From an uncultured Alcanivorax sp. (GTDB taxonomy: Bacteria > Pseudomonadota > Gammaproteobacteria > Pseudomonadales > Alcanivoracaceae), in assembly GCA_964556345.1 (NCBI GenBank), contig CAZKWA010000004.1:3488-67487 (forward strand): a DNA stretch of 64,000 nucleotides. The letters are read 5' to 3'. The notes beneath the pieces were generated by a model, which did not search any database, had not been told where the DNA came from, and saw only the letters and a program-made list of their open reading frames with translations. This document shows positions 8,279-19,779 of the stretch, piece by piece (the stretch's first letter is position 1; each line of letters begins with the position of its first letter). The position numbers were made by a program, and so were the translations under genes.

Positions 8279-9703
8279 TCAGAAAAAACCCTGCAACCAC
8301 CAGTGCGCCTGGTCGTCCTCGAACACCCAGCAACAGAGCCCGTCGGGGTGGTGGGCGACGCGGTAGCGGCGCGCGGGCAGGTCCTGCCAGGGCTGGCTGA
8401 AGTGTTCTTCCTGGGGAAACAGGGTCAGCGGCTGGCCGCGCCAGTGAGGCACCCGGTCGCGCAGGGTCAGCGGACGGGGCGGGTCGAGCAGCCACAGGGG
8501 GCGGTCCTGGTCGCTGTCGTGGTCGTCGGCGGCGGCTCTGGGTGGCGTCGCCAGCGGCGCGCGGCCCCGTTCGGTTTCCTCCGGCAGGTGGCCGTCGCCC
8601 CGGTCCGGGCGGTACACGCCCAGGGCCGGTTCGCCGTCCAGCTTTTCCAACAGGTCGGCCAGGGGGGGACGGGCGCCGGGGTCCGGGAACAGTTCGGCGA
8701 GCCCGGGGTTGCGCGGCCGGGGGCGGCCGCCGTCGAGGCCCAGGCCCAGTAGCGGGGCGCTCAGTTCGTGGTGGCCCAGGCGCCGCTGGCTGAGATCCAG
8801 CCAGGTGGCGGCGTCGTGGCCCTGGCGGGCGCGCCGTACAATCAGGGTGTCCCGGTGGCCGTTGTTCAGATACAGGTGCCAGCGCAGGGTCACCAGGCTT
8901 TCCTGGTGCCGGTTCAGGGTGTCCTCCAGCCGTGCCAGCAGCCGGGCCATGGGGCCGGCGAGCTGGTCCAGGTTGTCCAGCGGGTCGTCGAAGTCGAGGC
9001 GCTCCCGGAACGGGCGCGGCGGGGAGATCGGCCTGCGCGGGTCCGCCTTCTCGCCGAGCAGCCGTTGCAGCCAGTCGAGAAAATCGACCCCGAAACGTCT
9101 GCCCAGCGCCGTCCGGGGCAGGGGAAAAAGCTCGCCCAGGGTGCGGAAGCCGGGGGCCTGCAGGCGCTCGCGCAGGCGTTCCTCCAGGTTCAGCCCGGCG
9201 AGCGGCAGGTCCGCCAGCCAGGCCTGGAAGCGCGCCGTTTCCGGAAGCGCGTCCAGGGCCGGCGGATCGGTGAGGTGCCAGGCGGCCAGGGGCGTGGGGC
9301 CGATGCCCAGGCGGCTGGTCAGCGGGCAATGCAGCCGGTAGCGGTCGACCCGGGCAAGCAGTTGTTGGAAGCCGCCGAACAGTTTCAGGCAGCCGCCCAC
9401 TTCCAGCAGCACGGTGCTGGGCGGCGCCGGACAGACCTGGGGGGTAAGGGCCAGCAGCTGGCGGGCTTCGCGCAACAGGGCCTGGTGTTGCTGGTCCGCC
9501 CGCGCTTCGTGCACTTCCAGTTCTTCGCACAGGGCGCGGGCGGTGCCCAGGCGCAGGCCCGCTTCCACGCCGGCGGCGCGGGCCGCCGGGTTGGCCAGCA
9601 GCACCCGGTTGCCGCGCACCAGCACGCGGGGTTCCGGGCGCGGGCCGTGCTCCGCTTCCAGCGCCAGCAGCGGAAAATGCAGGGCCAGCCACAGCTCGCT
9701 CAT
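8279..9703 (-). CDS. imuB: ImuB, Y-family polymerase-like protein of the SOS mutagenesis cassette
   Basis: 474 aa. N-terminus LWLALHFPLLALE is typical of ImuB. There is a 1-nt gap to dnaE2 and a 4-nt overlap with imuA. Confidence 0.9.
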   Translation of the reverse strand: MSELWLALHFPLLALEAEHGPRPEPRVLVRGNRVLLANPAARAAGVEAGLRLGTARALCEELEVHEARADQQHQALLREARQLLALTPQVCPAPPSTVLLEVGGCLKLFGGFQQLLARVDRYRLHCPLTSRLGIGPTPLAAWHLTDPPALDALPETARFQAWLADLPLAGLNLEERLRERLQAPGFRTLGELFPLPRTALGRRFGVDFLDWLQRLLGEKADPRRPISPPRPFRERLDFDDPLDNLDQLAGPMARLLARLEDTLNRHQESLVTLRWHLYLNNGHRDTLIVRRARQGHDAATWLDLSQRRLGHHELSAPLLGLGLDGGRPRPRNPGLAELFPDPGARPPLADLLEKLDGEPALGVYRPDRGDGHLPEETERGRAPLATPPRAAADDHDSDQDRPLWLLDPPRPLTLRDRVPHWRGQPLTLFPQEEHFSQPWQDLPARRYRVAHHPDGLCCWVFEDDQAHWWLQGFF

Positions 9704-10452
9704 GGCCGTACCTCCGGGGCAAGGGGCGCGGGCAGCCGCAACACGGGCGAATGCAGCGCCGGTTCCGGGGCCGGCCGCCGGGTCAGGGCCGGCAGTTCAC
9801 GGCAGGCAGGCGGTACCCGGCGCAGGTGCTCGGGGAGCAGCGACAGGCGGCAGTGTTGTCCGGCCCGGCCGCCGGGTTGCTTGTGCACGGTGACGGTCAG
9901 TTCGCCGGGTGCCGGGCAGCTCAGTGTCAGGCGCAGCGGTGCCGGGCTGGGCTGTTGCCCGGCCTGGCGGGGGCGCACCAGCACCAGCAGGCAGCGCCCC
10001 TGTTGCGCGCCGAGATGCAGCCGCCGCAGCGTGCCCGCCGGCAACGGGCCGCCCGGCGCCCACAGTAATGCCAGCCGCACGGTGTCGCTGGCGATCGCCT
10101 CAAAGCAGGCGCGCAGCAGGGTGCCCCGGTCGCCGCTGCGCAGAATCAGCAGGTCGTCCAGCGGCACCCCGGTTCGCGCCAGCAGGGTGGCGGAAGGGCG
10201 CATCGGCGGGTTGGCGATCAGGCGCGCGCCGGGGCCGTCGCTGGCCAGCACCGGCAGCAGCAGATGCAGCACCGCCGGGCAGGGCAGGGGGCAGAGCAAT
10301 TCCACCAGCCCCTGTTCCGGCCAGCCGCCGCCGGCCAGTATCCGGTCCAGGTCGCTGAAACCGGTGCTTTGCCCCTGGCCGGTGCCGGTGCTTTCGCGGC
10401 CCCACCAGGTGTCCCTGCGGGCAAGCAGTTGTTGCAAGAAATCGGGCGGCAT
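9700..10452 (-). CDS. imuA: ImuA, RecA/SulA-like cell-division-inhibitor-type protein
   Basis: 250 aa. TGFSDLDRILAGGGWPEQGLVELL is the ImuA signature. First gene of the cassette, preceded by a LexA box. Confidence 0.9.
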   Translation of the reverse strand: MPPDFLQQLLARRDTWWGRESTGTGQGQSTGFSDLDRILAGGGWPEQGLVELLCPLPCPAVLHLLLPVLASDGPGARLIANPPMRPSATLLARTGVPLDDLLILRSGDRGTLLRACFEAIASDTVRLALLWAPGGPLPAGTLRRLHLGAQQGRCLLVLVRPRQAGQQPSPAPLRLTLSCPAPGELTVTVHKQPGGRAGQHCRLSLLPEHLRRVPPACRELPALTRRPAPEPALHSPVLRLPAPLAPEVRP

Positions 10453-10474
10453 GGGGGAATCCGGGTGTCTGTGA

Positions 10475-10494
10475 TACTGTACATAAGAACAGTA
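10475..10494. promoter_or_regulatory. LexA (SOS) box
   Basis: TACTGTACATAAGAACAGTA fits the gammaproteobacterial CTGT-N8-ACAG consensus. Core is 10477..10492, 25 nt upstream of the imuA start. Confidence 0.85.
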
Positions 10495-10517
10495 TCTGGA
10501 AGCCGGCGAGCGGTCAA
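10489..10517 (-). promoter_or_regulatory. putative sigma70 promoter of imuA-imuB-dnaE2
   Basis: On the minus strand: TTGACC (10517..10512), a 17-nt spacer, then TACTGT (10494..10489). The -10 lies inside the LexA box. Confidence 0.5.
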
Positions 10518-10626
10518 TGGGTTGTGCTGTGCTGAGCGGTCAAGGGGCGTTGTCAGGGTAAACATATTGTATTGCCCGGGCCTCTTGAGTAGCTTCAAGG
10601 CATCCCCGAGCGCGACGAGATACCCG

Positions 10627-11253
10627 ATGTCACAACAACAAACAGCCCGCCGGCTCTCCGCGGCCTTTCAGCAGGGCGTGACCCGGCGGCGGTTCCTCAA
10701 GTGGTCCCTGGTCGGTGGTGCCGGCGTGGCGGCCGCCGCCGCGGGCGGCTTCGCGCTGCTGCGCCCTTCCCCCCTGGACGACCGGCCCAAGCCGGACTGG
10801 GCCGACGGTCTGAGCCGCCAGGAATATCATTTGTTCGACCGGGCCCGGGTGGCGCTTCTGCCCACCGCGGGCACCGATCTCACGCCCAGCGACCAGGTGC
10901 CGGTGGTGCGTAATGTGCAGGGCATCCTGGGGTTCATGGACCCGGCCACCCGCAAGGACGTGGCCACCGGCCTGACCCTGTTCGACAACGCCGCGGTGGT
11001 GTTTCACGGCAAGCGTTTCGTGGATCTGGACGACGCCACCGCCCGCGACTATTTCGATGCCTGGAGCCGGGGCAACGTGGTGCAGCGCACCCTGGGCACG
11101 GTGATCAAACAGCTCACCTATACCTCTTACTGGCGCGATGAAAGCACCTGGGGGCCGGTGGAGTTCGACGGCCCGGTGTCCGAGCGCTGGGGCATCGCCT
11201 ATCTGGGGAACGCGCCCTTGCCGGACCAGGCCCGTGGGGAGGGCAAGGCATGA
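10627..11253 (+). CDS. Tat-signal small subunit (gluconate 2-dehydrogenase subunit 3-like)
   Basis: Track ORF 10264..11253 trimmed to ATG 10627. The twin-arginine motif TRRRFLKWSLVGGAGVAAAAAGG is present. Stop overlaps the GMC gene start (ATGA). Confidence 0.75.
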   Translation: MSQQQTARRLSAAFQQGVTRRRFLKWSLVGGAGVAAAAAGGFALLRPSPLDDRPKPDWADGLSRQEYHLFDRARVALLPTAGTDLTPSDQVPVVRNVQGILGFMDPATRKDVATGLTLFDNAAVVFHGKRFVDLDDATARDYFDAWSRGNVVQRTLGTVIKQLTYTSYWRDESTWGPVEFDGPVSERWGIAYLGNAPLPDQARGEGKA

Positions 11254-12788
11254 GTGAAGTGCAATGGCGGTCTTCCGGCTTGCCGGTGACCCAGGCGAAG
11301 GATATTACGCAAGGCACGCTGACCCTGGACGCGGACGTGGTGATTGTCGGCTCCGGCGCCGGCGGCGCGGTGGCCGGCTATGAGCTGGCCCGGCGCGGCA
11401 AGAAGGTGGTGATCCTGGAGGCGGGGCCCTATGTCCCTTCGAAAGACTTCACCGAGCGTTTTCCGGACAGCCTGGAAACCCTGTACCAGGACCACGGCGG
11501 TCAGACCAACAAAAGCGGCGATCTGCTGGTGCTGCAGGGCGCCTGCGTGGGCGGCTCCACGGTGGTGAACGGGTGCGTGTGCTTCCGCACCCCGGACTTT
11601 ATTCTGCAGGACTGGCAGCGCGATTTCGGGCTCAGCGATCTGACTTCCGAAGAGATGGCGCCGTATTTCGACCGGGTGGAAAAGAACCTCGCCATCGAGG
11701 AAAACAAGGAACACGAAATCGCCCGCCACGGGCAATTGATCCGCGCCGGCGCCAACAAGCTGGGCTGGTCGGTGAAACCGTTCAAACGCAACATCCGTGA
11801 CTGCGCCCTGACCGGCCACTGTCTGTCCGGCTGCAAGACCGAGCGCAAGCAGTCCATGCTGGTCAGCTATCTGCCCTGGGCCACCGCCCACGGCGCCCGT
11901 ATTTACGCCGACACCCGCGTTACCGAGGTGCTGGCCGGCGGCGGTCGGGCGCGCGGCGTGCGCGCCCAGGTCACCGGCCACGACGGCGCCAAGGTGGCGG
12001 ACATGACGGTCAACGCGGAACGGGTGATCCTCGCAGCGGGCGCCGTGCAGACGCCGCTGCTGCTGCTGAAAAGCGGCCTGGCCAACCGGTCCGGCCAGGT
12101 CGGCAGGAACTTCGCCTGCCACCCGTCGTTGTATGTGTCGGCCCGTTATCCGCAGCCGGTGCACGCCTGGCGCGGCGCCATGCTGGGGGTGTACGTGGAT
12201 GAATTCCTGCACCCGGACAAGGGCGGCTTCGTGCTGGAGGACGGCGGCGCCGGCCTGGCGGAGCTGGCGATGACCGCGGAGCCGGGCACCGGCGAGCCGT
12301 TCATGGGTTTCATGAAGGACGCCAAGTACCTGGGCGGCCTGGTCACGCTGATCCACGATCACAACGTGGGCACCATTCGCTGGGAGGACGGCCGCAAGGT
12401 GATCGACTATCAGCTCGCCAACTCGGATTTCCCCTCCATGAAGCGGGCCCTGAAAGCCGCCGCCAGACTGCACCTGGCCGCCGGCGCCGAGGAAGTCTAT
12501 GTGCCTTCCAGCGACCGCCGGGTGATTCGTTCCGAGGCGGATATCGACGGCGCCGTGGAAGGGCTCGAGAACCAGCCCCAGCATCTGCGCATGGTGAGCT
12601 ATCACCCGCAGGGCAGTTGCCGCATGGGCGCGGACCCGGACGCCAGCGTGGTCAACGCGGACGGCGAAACCCATGATGTGAAGGGGCTGTACGTGGCGGA
12701 CGCCAGCCTGCTGCCCACCTCGATCATCGTGAACCCCCAGGTGACGGTGTACGCCCTGGCCACGCGCATCGCCGAACGCATGGCCTGA
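11250..12788 (+). CDS. GMC-family FAD-dependent oxidoreductase (large subunit)
   Basis: 512 aa. ADVVIVGSGAGGAVAGYELARRGKKVVILEAG FAD fold, with C-terminal GMC signature ...YHPQGSCRMG...VADASLLPTS. Confidence 0.85.
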   Translation: MSEVQWRSSGLPVTQAKDITQGTLTLDADVVIVGSGAGGAVAGYELARRGKKVVILEAGPYVPSKDFTERFPDSLETLYQDHGGQTNKSGDLLVLQGACVGGSTVVNGCVCFRTPDFILQDWQRDFGLSDLTSEEMAPYFDRVEKNLAIEENKEHEIARHGQLIRAGANKLGWSVKPFKRNIRDCALTGHCLSGCKTERKQSMLVSYLPWATAHGARIYADTRVTEVLAGGGRARGVRAQVTGHDGAKVADMTVNAERVILAAGAVQTPLLLLKSGLANRSGQVGRNFACHPSLYVSARYPQPVHAWRGAMLGVYVDEFLHPDKGGFVLEDGGAGLAELAMTAEPGTGEPFMGFMKDAKYLGGLVTLIHDHNVGTIRWEDGRKVIDYQLANSDFPSMKRALKAAARLHLAAGAEEVYVPSSDRRVIRSEADIDGAVEGLENQPQHLRMVSYHPQGSCRMGADPDASVVNADGETHDVKGLYVADASLLPTSIIVNPQVTVYALATRIAERMA

Positions 12789-12797
12789 GCCCGGCGT

Positions 12798-13319
12798 TCA
12801 GCGGCCCTGCATCACCACTACCCGGTGCACGCCACCGGGTATTTTATAGCTGCGGATGTCACTCTCGCGGGCCATGCAGGCGCCGTGCTCCGGGTTAAGC
12901 CGGCACCAGCGCACCTGCCGGCCCGACGCCAGCGGCACGCTGAAGCGGGTGTTGTAGTTGCCACCGGCCTGCAGCGCGATCCACAGCTGGTTGGCCAGCC
13001 ACTTGCAGCCGTCCTGGTTGCGGAACAGGTCCAGCGGCACCTGGAAGCCCAGGCCCTGACCCCGACGTTCGGGGCGGAACTGGGTGCCCGCCTGGCTCAC
13101 CGGGCAGGTATCGCCCTCGGCCCGGTACACCACCTCGATCCGCACCTGATCCGCCGGCAACGGCGGGTCGATGCTCAACTGGTAGTGACGGATATCCCGC
13201 GGTGTCGGGTTGGGCGCCGGCTGGTAGCTCCGTTCGGTCATCGACACGCAGCCGCTGAGCAGCAGTACGCAAAGCAGCGGTAAACGCACCGGCAAAGACC
13301 GGGTCAGGCCAGGGGCCAT
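12798..13319 (-). CDS. lipoprotein of unknown function
   Basis: ATG 13319 behind AAGGAG. Signal peptide plus lipobox LLLSGC, and four further Cys in the mature part. No family recognised. Confidence 0.6.
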   Translation of the reverse strand: MAPGLTRSLPVRLPLLCVLLLSGCVSMTERSYQPAPNPTPRDIRHYQLSIDPPLPADQVRIEVVYRAEGDTCPVSQAGTQFRPERRGQGLGFQVPLDLFRNQDGCKWLANQLWIALQAGGNYNTRFSVPLASGRQVRWCRLNPEHGACMARESDIRSYKIPGGVHRVVVMQGR

Positions 13320-13400
13320 GGTGTTCTCCTTAAGGGTCACTGAATACCGGCGTCTAGGTTATCATTGCCGGCCTTGTCCGTATTGATCGAAGGAGCAGCT

Positions 13401-13880
13401 ATGAGTGACGCCAACAGCCAAGCCGCGCAGGCGAAACAACGGCCCGGGCGCGAGGCGTTCGGCTATTTGTGTCCGGTGGACAGCCGCTGGTCGGACAACG
13501 ACATTTACGGGCACATTAACAATGTCATGTACTACAGCTACTTCGATTCCACCATCAACCGCTACCTGATCGACAAGGGCGGGCTGGATATCCATAACGG
13601 CGACGTAATCGCTTATGTAGTGAGCTCGGGCTGCGATTATTTCGAGGCCGCCGCCTACCCGGACGCGCTCACCATCGGCATGCGCGTGGACAAGCTGGGC
13701 AACAGCTCGGTGCGTTATGGTTTGGCGTTGTTTTCAGAGAATGAGCGCGGGGAAAGCGGTGCCGCCAAGGCGCTGGGTTTCGTGGTGCACGTGTTCGTCG
13801 ATCGCGAAAGCGGCCGGCCGGTATCGATCCCTGATCCGCTGCGCGAGGCGCTGGCGGCTATTCAGTCTTCGGAGAAATAG
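13401..13880 (+). CDS. acyl-CoA thioesterase, 4HBT/hotdog fold
   Basis: ATG 13401 behind AGGAG. RWSDNDIYGHINNVMYYSYFDS is the typical 4HBT thioesterase motif. Confidence 0.8.
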   Translation: MSDANSQAAQAKQRPGREAFGYLCPVDSRWSDNDIYGHINNVMYYSYFDSTINRYLIDKGGLDIHNGDVIAYVVSSGCDYFEAAAYPDALTIGMRVDKLGNSSVRYGLALFSENERGESGAAKALGFVVHVFVDRESGRPVSIPDPLREALAAIQSSEK

Positions 13881-15067
13881 TTCTTCTCGGAAAAGTACAG
13901 CTCCGCCACGAAGTAGAAGTTCTCGCCGAACGGAATCCGATCCAGCTCGAAGCCCACGTTGGGATGCTGGCCGGGGAACCGTTCCGGGGTTTCCTCCAGC
14001 TGCGGGTCGTCCTGGTAGATCAGCCGGGCGGCGGTGTCGAAGCCTTCCGCGAAGTGCAGCCGGGCAAGCAGGGCGAAACCGCGTCCGGTGTCGAAGCGCA
14101 GCCAGTTTTCCGGCGGTACCGGGCGCCGCATCATGGCCTGTTCGGTGTCCGAGAGCTGGCCGTCCACCACCGCTTCCCGTTCGCCGGTCCAGCTGGTGCG
14201 CAGCCGGGCGCCCTGCAGATCGTGGCCGTCCACGCTGACCCGGGCACGGGGATCACGCAGCACGGTGGCGGCGATGCCGGGCAACGCGAAGCGGCTGTGG
14301 ATGGCGAGCCGGTTTTCCATCAGCACGAAGTGGTTGTGCACCGTGAGCACGCGCAGCCCGGCCACGCGCACCCGGGTGGTGGCGTACACCAGGGTCGCCA
14401 GCGGGCCTTCGATGACCTGCTGGATTTGCGGGTCCAGGTTTTCATTGGTGAGGGTGAGGCGGGCCTCTTCGCTGAACACCCCGGCGCTGAGGCGCAGCTT
14501 GAGGCTGTCCAGCAGGGTCTGTTGTGGCTGGCCGTCCGGGGCGCGGTAATGCCGGTAGCTGAAGTCGCCCCACTGGAACAGATTGCCGTCCAGGAATGCC
14601 AGCCGATAGTCCGCGGTGCGCAGGCTGAGCGGGTCGCCGTCGGCGTCGCGTTCCAGTGTCACCGGGGGCGTGAAGCCCTGGAACGGCGGCCGGGCGAGCA
14701 CGTAGAAATAGCCTTGCTGGCCGTCGAGCGCGAGCTCGCCGATCACGTCCTCGCCGGGGGACGGCAGCCGCTGGCCGGCGTCGGCGCCGTCCACCAGCAG
14801 CCGGTCACGGGGACCCACCCGGCCGGTTTCCCCGGCCCGGCGGCTGTCGTCGTCCTCGCTGAAATAGGGCCAGCCGCGCTGCGACCAGGCCAGCCACTGG
14901 TGGCGGACGCTGCGCAGCTCGCCGTCCCGGTAGGCGGCCACTTCCAGACGGTCGGTGCGCAGCCCGGTGAAGTCCTCCAGGGTTTCGCCCTGGAAGGTCA
15001 GCACCGCGCCCTGGGCGACGCCGGCCGTCAGCCAGAACAGCGCGAGCAGCAGCGACCGGCCCATCAT
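13862..15067 (-). CDS. secreted protein of unknown function, last gene of the liu/aacS operon
   Basis: 401 aa. Signal peptide MMGRSLLLALFWLTAGVAQG-A. Strong GC3 bias. Starts 2 nt after the acetoacetyl-CoA synthetase stop. No family recognised. Confidence 0.65.
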   Translation of the reverse strand: MMGRSLLLALFWLTAGVAQGAVLTFQGETLEDFTGLRTDRLEVAAYRDGELRSVRHQWLAWSQRGWPYFSEDDDSRRAGETGRVGPRDRLLVDGADAGQRLPSPGEDVIGELALDGQQGYFYVLARPPFQGFTPPVTLERDADGDPLSLRTADYRLAFLDGNLFQWGDFSYRHYRAPDGQPQQTLLDSLKLRLSAGVFSEEARLTLTNENLDPQIQQVIEGPLATLVYATTRVRVAGLRVLTVHNHFVLMENRLAIHSRFALPGIAATVLRDPRARVSVDGHDLQGARLRTSWTGEREAVVDGQLSDTEQAMMRRPVPPENWLRFDTGRGFALLARLHFAEGFDTAARLIYQDDPQLEETPERFPGQHPNVGFELDRIPFGENFYFVAELYFSEKNYFSED

Positions 15068-15069
15068 GG

Positions 15070-17015
<1,946 letters not shown>

Positions 17016-17019
<4 letters not shown>

Positions 17020-18983
17020 TGTTCCTCCGTTTCGGAATCCAGCAAATTAAAATCCAGCAGCAGCGTGCCTTCGGCGACGCTGTCGCCGCTGCCCACGTGG
17101 AAGCGTGCCACGGTGCCGGCGGCGCTGGCGCGCAGGGTGTGTTCCATCTTCATGGCCTCCAGGGTGATCACCGCGTCCCCGGCGGCCACGGCGGTGCCGG
17201 CCTCCACGTGACAGGCGACGATGGTGCCGCTCATGGGGGCGATAAAACCGTCCTGGCCGCCGGCCCGTTCGCTCTCCCGGGCCGGGTGCACGGCCACCGG
17301 GTAATCCTGGCCGTGCACGAAGACCGTCGGCTGTCGGCCGTCGCGGGGGGCCATCAGGTGGCCGGCCAGGTGCCGGTCGCCCCAGTGCAGCTCGAAGGCG
17401 GTGTCCCGGCGGCGCAGATGGAAGGGCGCCGGTGGGCCACCGTCCACCCGCGCCTGGTCGTTGTCCAGGATCACGGTGTGGTGTTGATCGCCCACGCGCA
17501 ATGGGACCAGGGTGCGCCTTTGTCCCAGCGGACGCCAACCGGGCAGCGAACCCCAGGGGTCGCTGCCGTCGCGGCGCTGTTCGGCAAGGGCGCCGGCGGC
17601 GGCCACGGCGATCAGGGTGCTGTCCGCCGGCGCCGGTGTCATCAGGTCGGGGTGTTTATCCAGCAGGCGGGTGTCCAGCTCGGCGTCGGCGAACACCGCG
17701 CTGCTCAGCACCCGGTGCAGGAAGGCGGCGTTGTGGTGCACGCCGCTGATGGCCAGGTCGTCCAGGGCGCCGACCAGCCGGCGGCGGGCCTGGTCGCGGT
17801 CGTCGCCGTGGCTGATCAGCTTGGCGATCATCGGGTCGTAATGGTCGCTGACCCGGTCGCCGGCCTCGAAGCCGCTGTCCACGCGCACCCGGTCCGGCCA
17901 GCGCAGGTATTCCAAACGCCCGGACGAGGGCAGGAACTGCTGGTACGGGTTCTCCGCGTACAGGCGCACCTCCATGGCGGCGCCGTGGCGCTGTATTTGA
18001 TCCTGGCTTTTCGGCAGGGGTTGGCCTTCGGCCACGGCCAACTGCCAGGCGACCAGATCCTCGCCGGTGATCAATTCGGTGACCGGATGCTCCACCTGCA
18101 GGCGGGTGTTCATCTCCATAAAGAAGAATTCACCCTCGGGGGAAAACAGAAATTCCACCGTGCCGGCGCCGCGATAGTCGATGGCGCGGGCGGCGCGCAC
18201 CGCCGCCTCGCCCAGGGCCTGGCGCTGGGTTTCGGTGAGGCCGGGGGCGGGCGCTTCCTCGATGATTTTCTGGTGGCGGCGTTGCACCGAGCAGTCGCGC
18301 TCGAACAGGTGCACCGCGTTGCCGTGGTTGTCGGCGAACACCTGCACTTCCACGTGGCGGGCGGTGGGCAGGTAGCGTTCCAGCAGCACCCGGTCGTCGC
18401 CAAAGGCGTTGCGGGCCTCGCGGCGGGCGGCGGCCAGGGCTTCCTCGAAGCCGGCGGCGTTGTCCACCGCGCGCATGCCTTTGCCGCCGCCGCCGGCCAC
18501 CGCCTTGATCAGCAACGGGAAGCCGACCTTGTCCGCCTCGGCGATCAGGGTGGCGTCGTTGGCGCCTTCCCGGTCGAAGCCGGGCAGCACCGGCACGCCG
18601 CTTTGCGCCATGTGCTGGCGGGCGGCGGCCTTGTCGCCCATCAGGCGGATGGCGTCGGCGCCGGGGCCGACGAAGATCAGGCCGGCGTCCGCGCAGGCGT
18701 CGGCGAAGACGGTGTTCTCGGAGAGAAAGCCGTAGCCGGGGTGGACGGCGTCGGCGCCGCTGTCCCGCGCCGCGCCGATCACCTTTTCAATGTCCAGATA
18801 GCTGTCCCGGGCCGGCGCCGGACCCAGCCGCACGGCGCGGTCCGCCTCGCGCACATGGGGCGCGTCGGCGTCGATGTCGGAGTACACCGCCACCGTGGTC
18901 AGGCCCAGCTCGCGGGCGGTGCGGATAATACGCCGGGCGATCTCGCCCCGGTTGGCGATCAATAGCGTCTTGATGGCGGCCAT
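17016..18983 (-). CDS. liuD: 3-methylcrotonyl-CoA carboxylase alpha (biotin-carrying) subunit
   Basis: 655 aa. Biotin carboxylase N-terminus IKTLLIANRGEIARRIIRTARELG and C-terminal biotinylation motif EAMKMEH. Lies within the liu gene context. Confidence 0.9.
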
Positions 18984-18985
18984 GG

Positions 18986-19768
18986 TCAGTTCCGGTTCGG
19001 TTTCCAGTTCGGCGGGCGTTTTTCCAGAAAGGCACCCAGGCCTTCCTGGCCTTCCGCGCCGGTGCGCAGCTCGGCGATCAGATCGGCGGTGTACTCGATC
19101 AGGCGATCGTCGACGGCGCTGTCGTCGGCGCGGTGCACCAGCTCCCGGGCGCGCCGTTGCGCTTGCGGGGCGCCGTCGAGCAGGGCGGTGACCAGCCGTT
19201 CCACGGTGGTGTCCAGTTCGTCCGCCGGCACCACCTCGTGAACCAGGCCGAGTGCGCCGGCGCGGGCGGCGTCGATCACCTCGGCGGTCATGAAGTAGCG
19301 GCGTGCCTGGCGGGCGCCGAGGGCGCGCACCACATAGGGCGCGATCACCGCCGGCAAAATGCCCAGCTTCACTTCACTGAGGCAGAAGCGCGCATCGTCG
19401 GCGGCCACCGCGATGTCCGCCGCGCAGATCAGCCCCAGGGCACCACCGTAGGCGGCGCCCTGGACCCGGGCGATCACCGGCTTGCCGGCCCGGTCGATGG
19501 TCTCCATCAGGGTGGCCAGGCGCAGGGCGTCGGCGCGGTTTTCCCGCTCGTCGAGCGCGCCCATGGCGCGCATCCAATTGAGATCGGCGCCGGCGGAAAA
19601 ATGCTTGCCGGCGGCGTCCAGCACGATCACCCGGCCGGCATCGGCGCCGGCCTTCTCAAACGCTTCGATCAGCGCTTCGATGATGGTGTTGTCGAAGGCG
19701 TTGCGTTTGTCCGGGTTGTTCAGGGTGATGTGGGTGACCGGGCCCCTGTGGGTGGTTTGCACGCTCAT
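18986..19768 (-). CDS. liuC: methylglutaconyl-CoA hydratase (crotonase family)
   Basis: Crotonase pattern VTHITLNNPDKRNAF...FSAGADL. ATG 19768 behind GGAG preferred; alternative starts at 19780 and 19783. Confidence 0.85.
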   Translation of the reverse strand: MSVQTTHRGPVTHITLNNPDKRNAFDNTIIEALIEAFEKAGADAGRVIVLDAAGKHFSAGADLNWMRAMGALDERENRADALRLATLMETIDRAGKPVIARVQGAAYGGALGLICAADIAVAADDARFCLSEVKLGILPAVIAPYVVRALGARQARRYFMTAEVIDAARAGALGLVHEVVPADELDTTVERLVTALLDGAPQAQRRARELVHRADDSAVDDRLIEYTADLIAELRTGAEGQEGLGAFLEKRPPNWKPNRN

Positions 19769-19779
19769 TGTTTTCTCCA

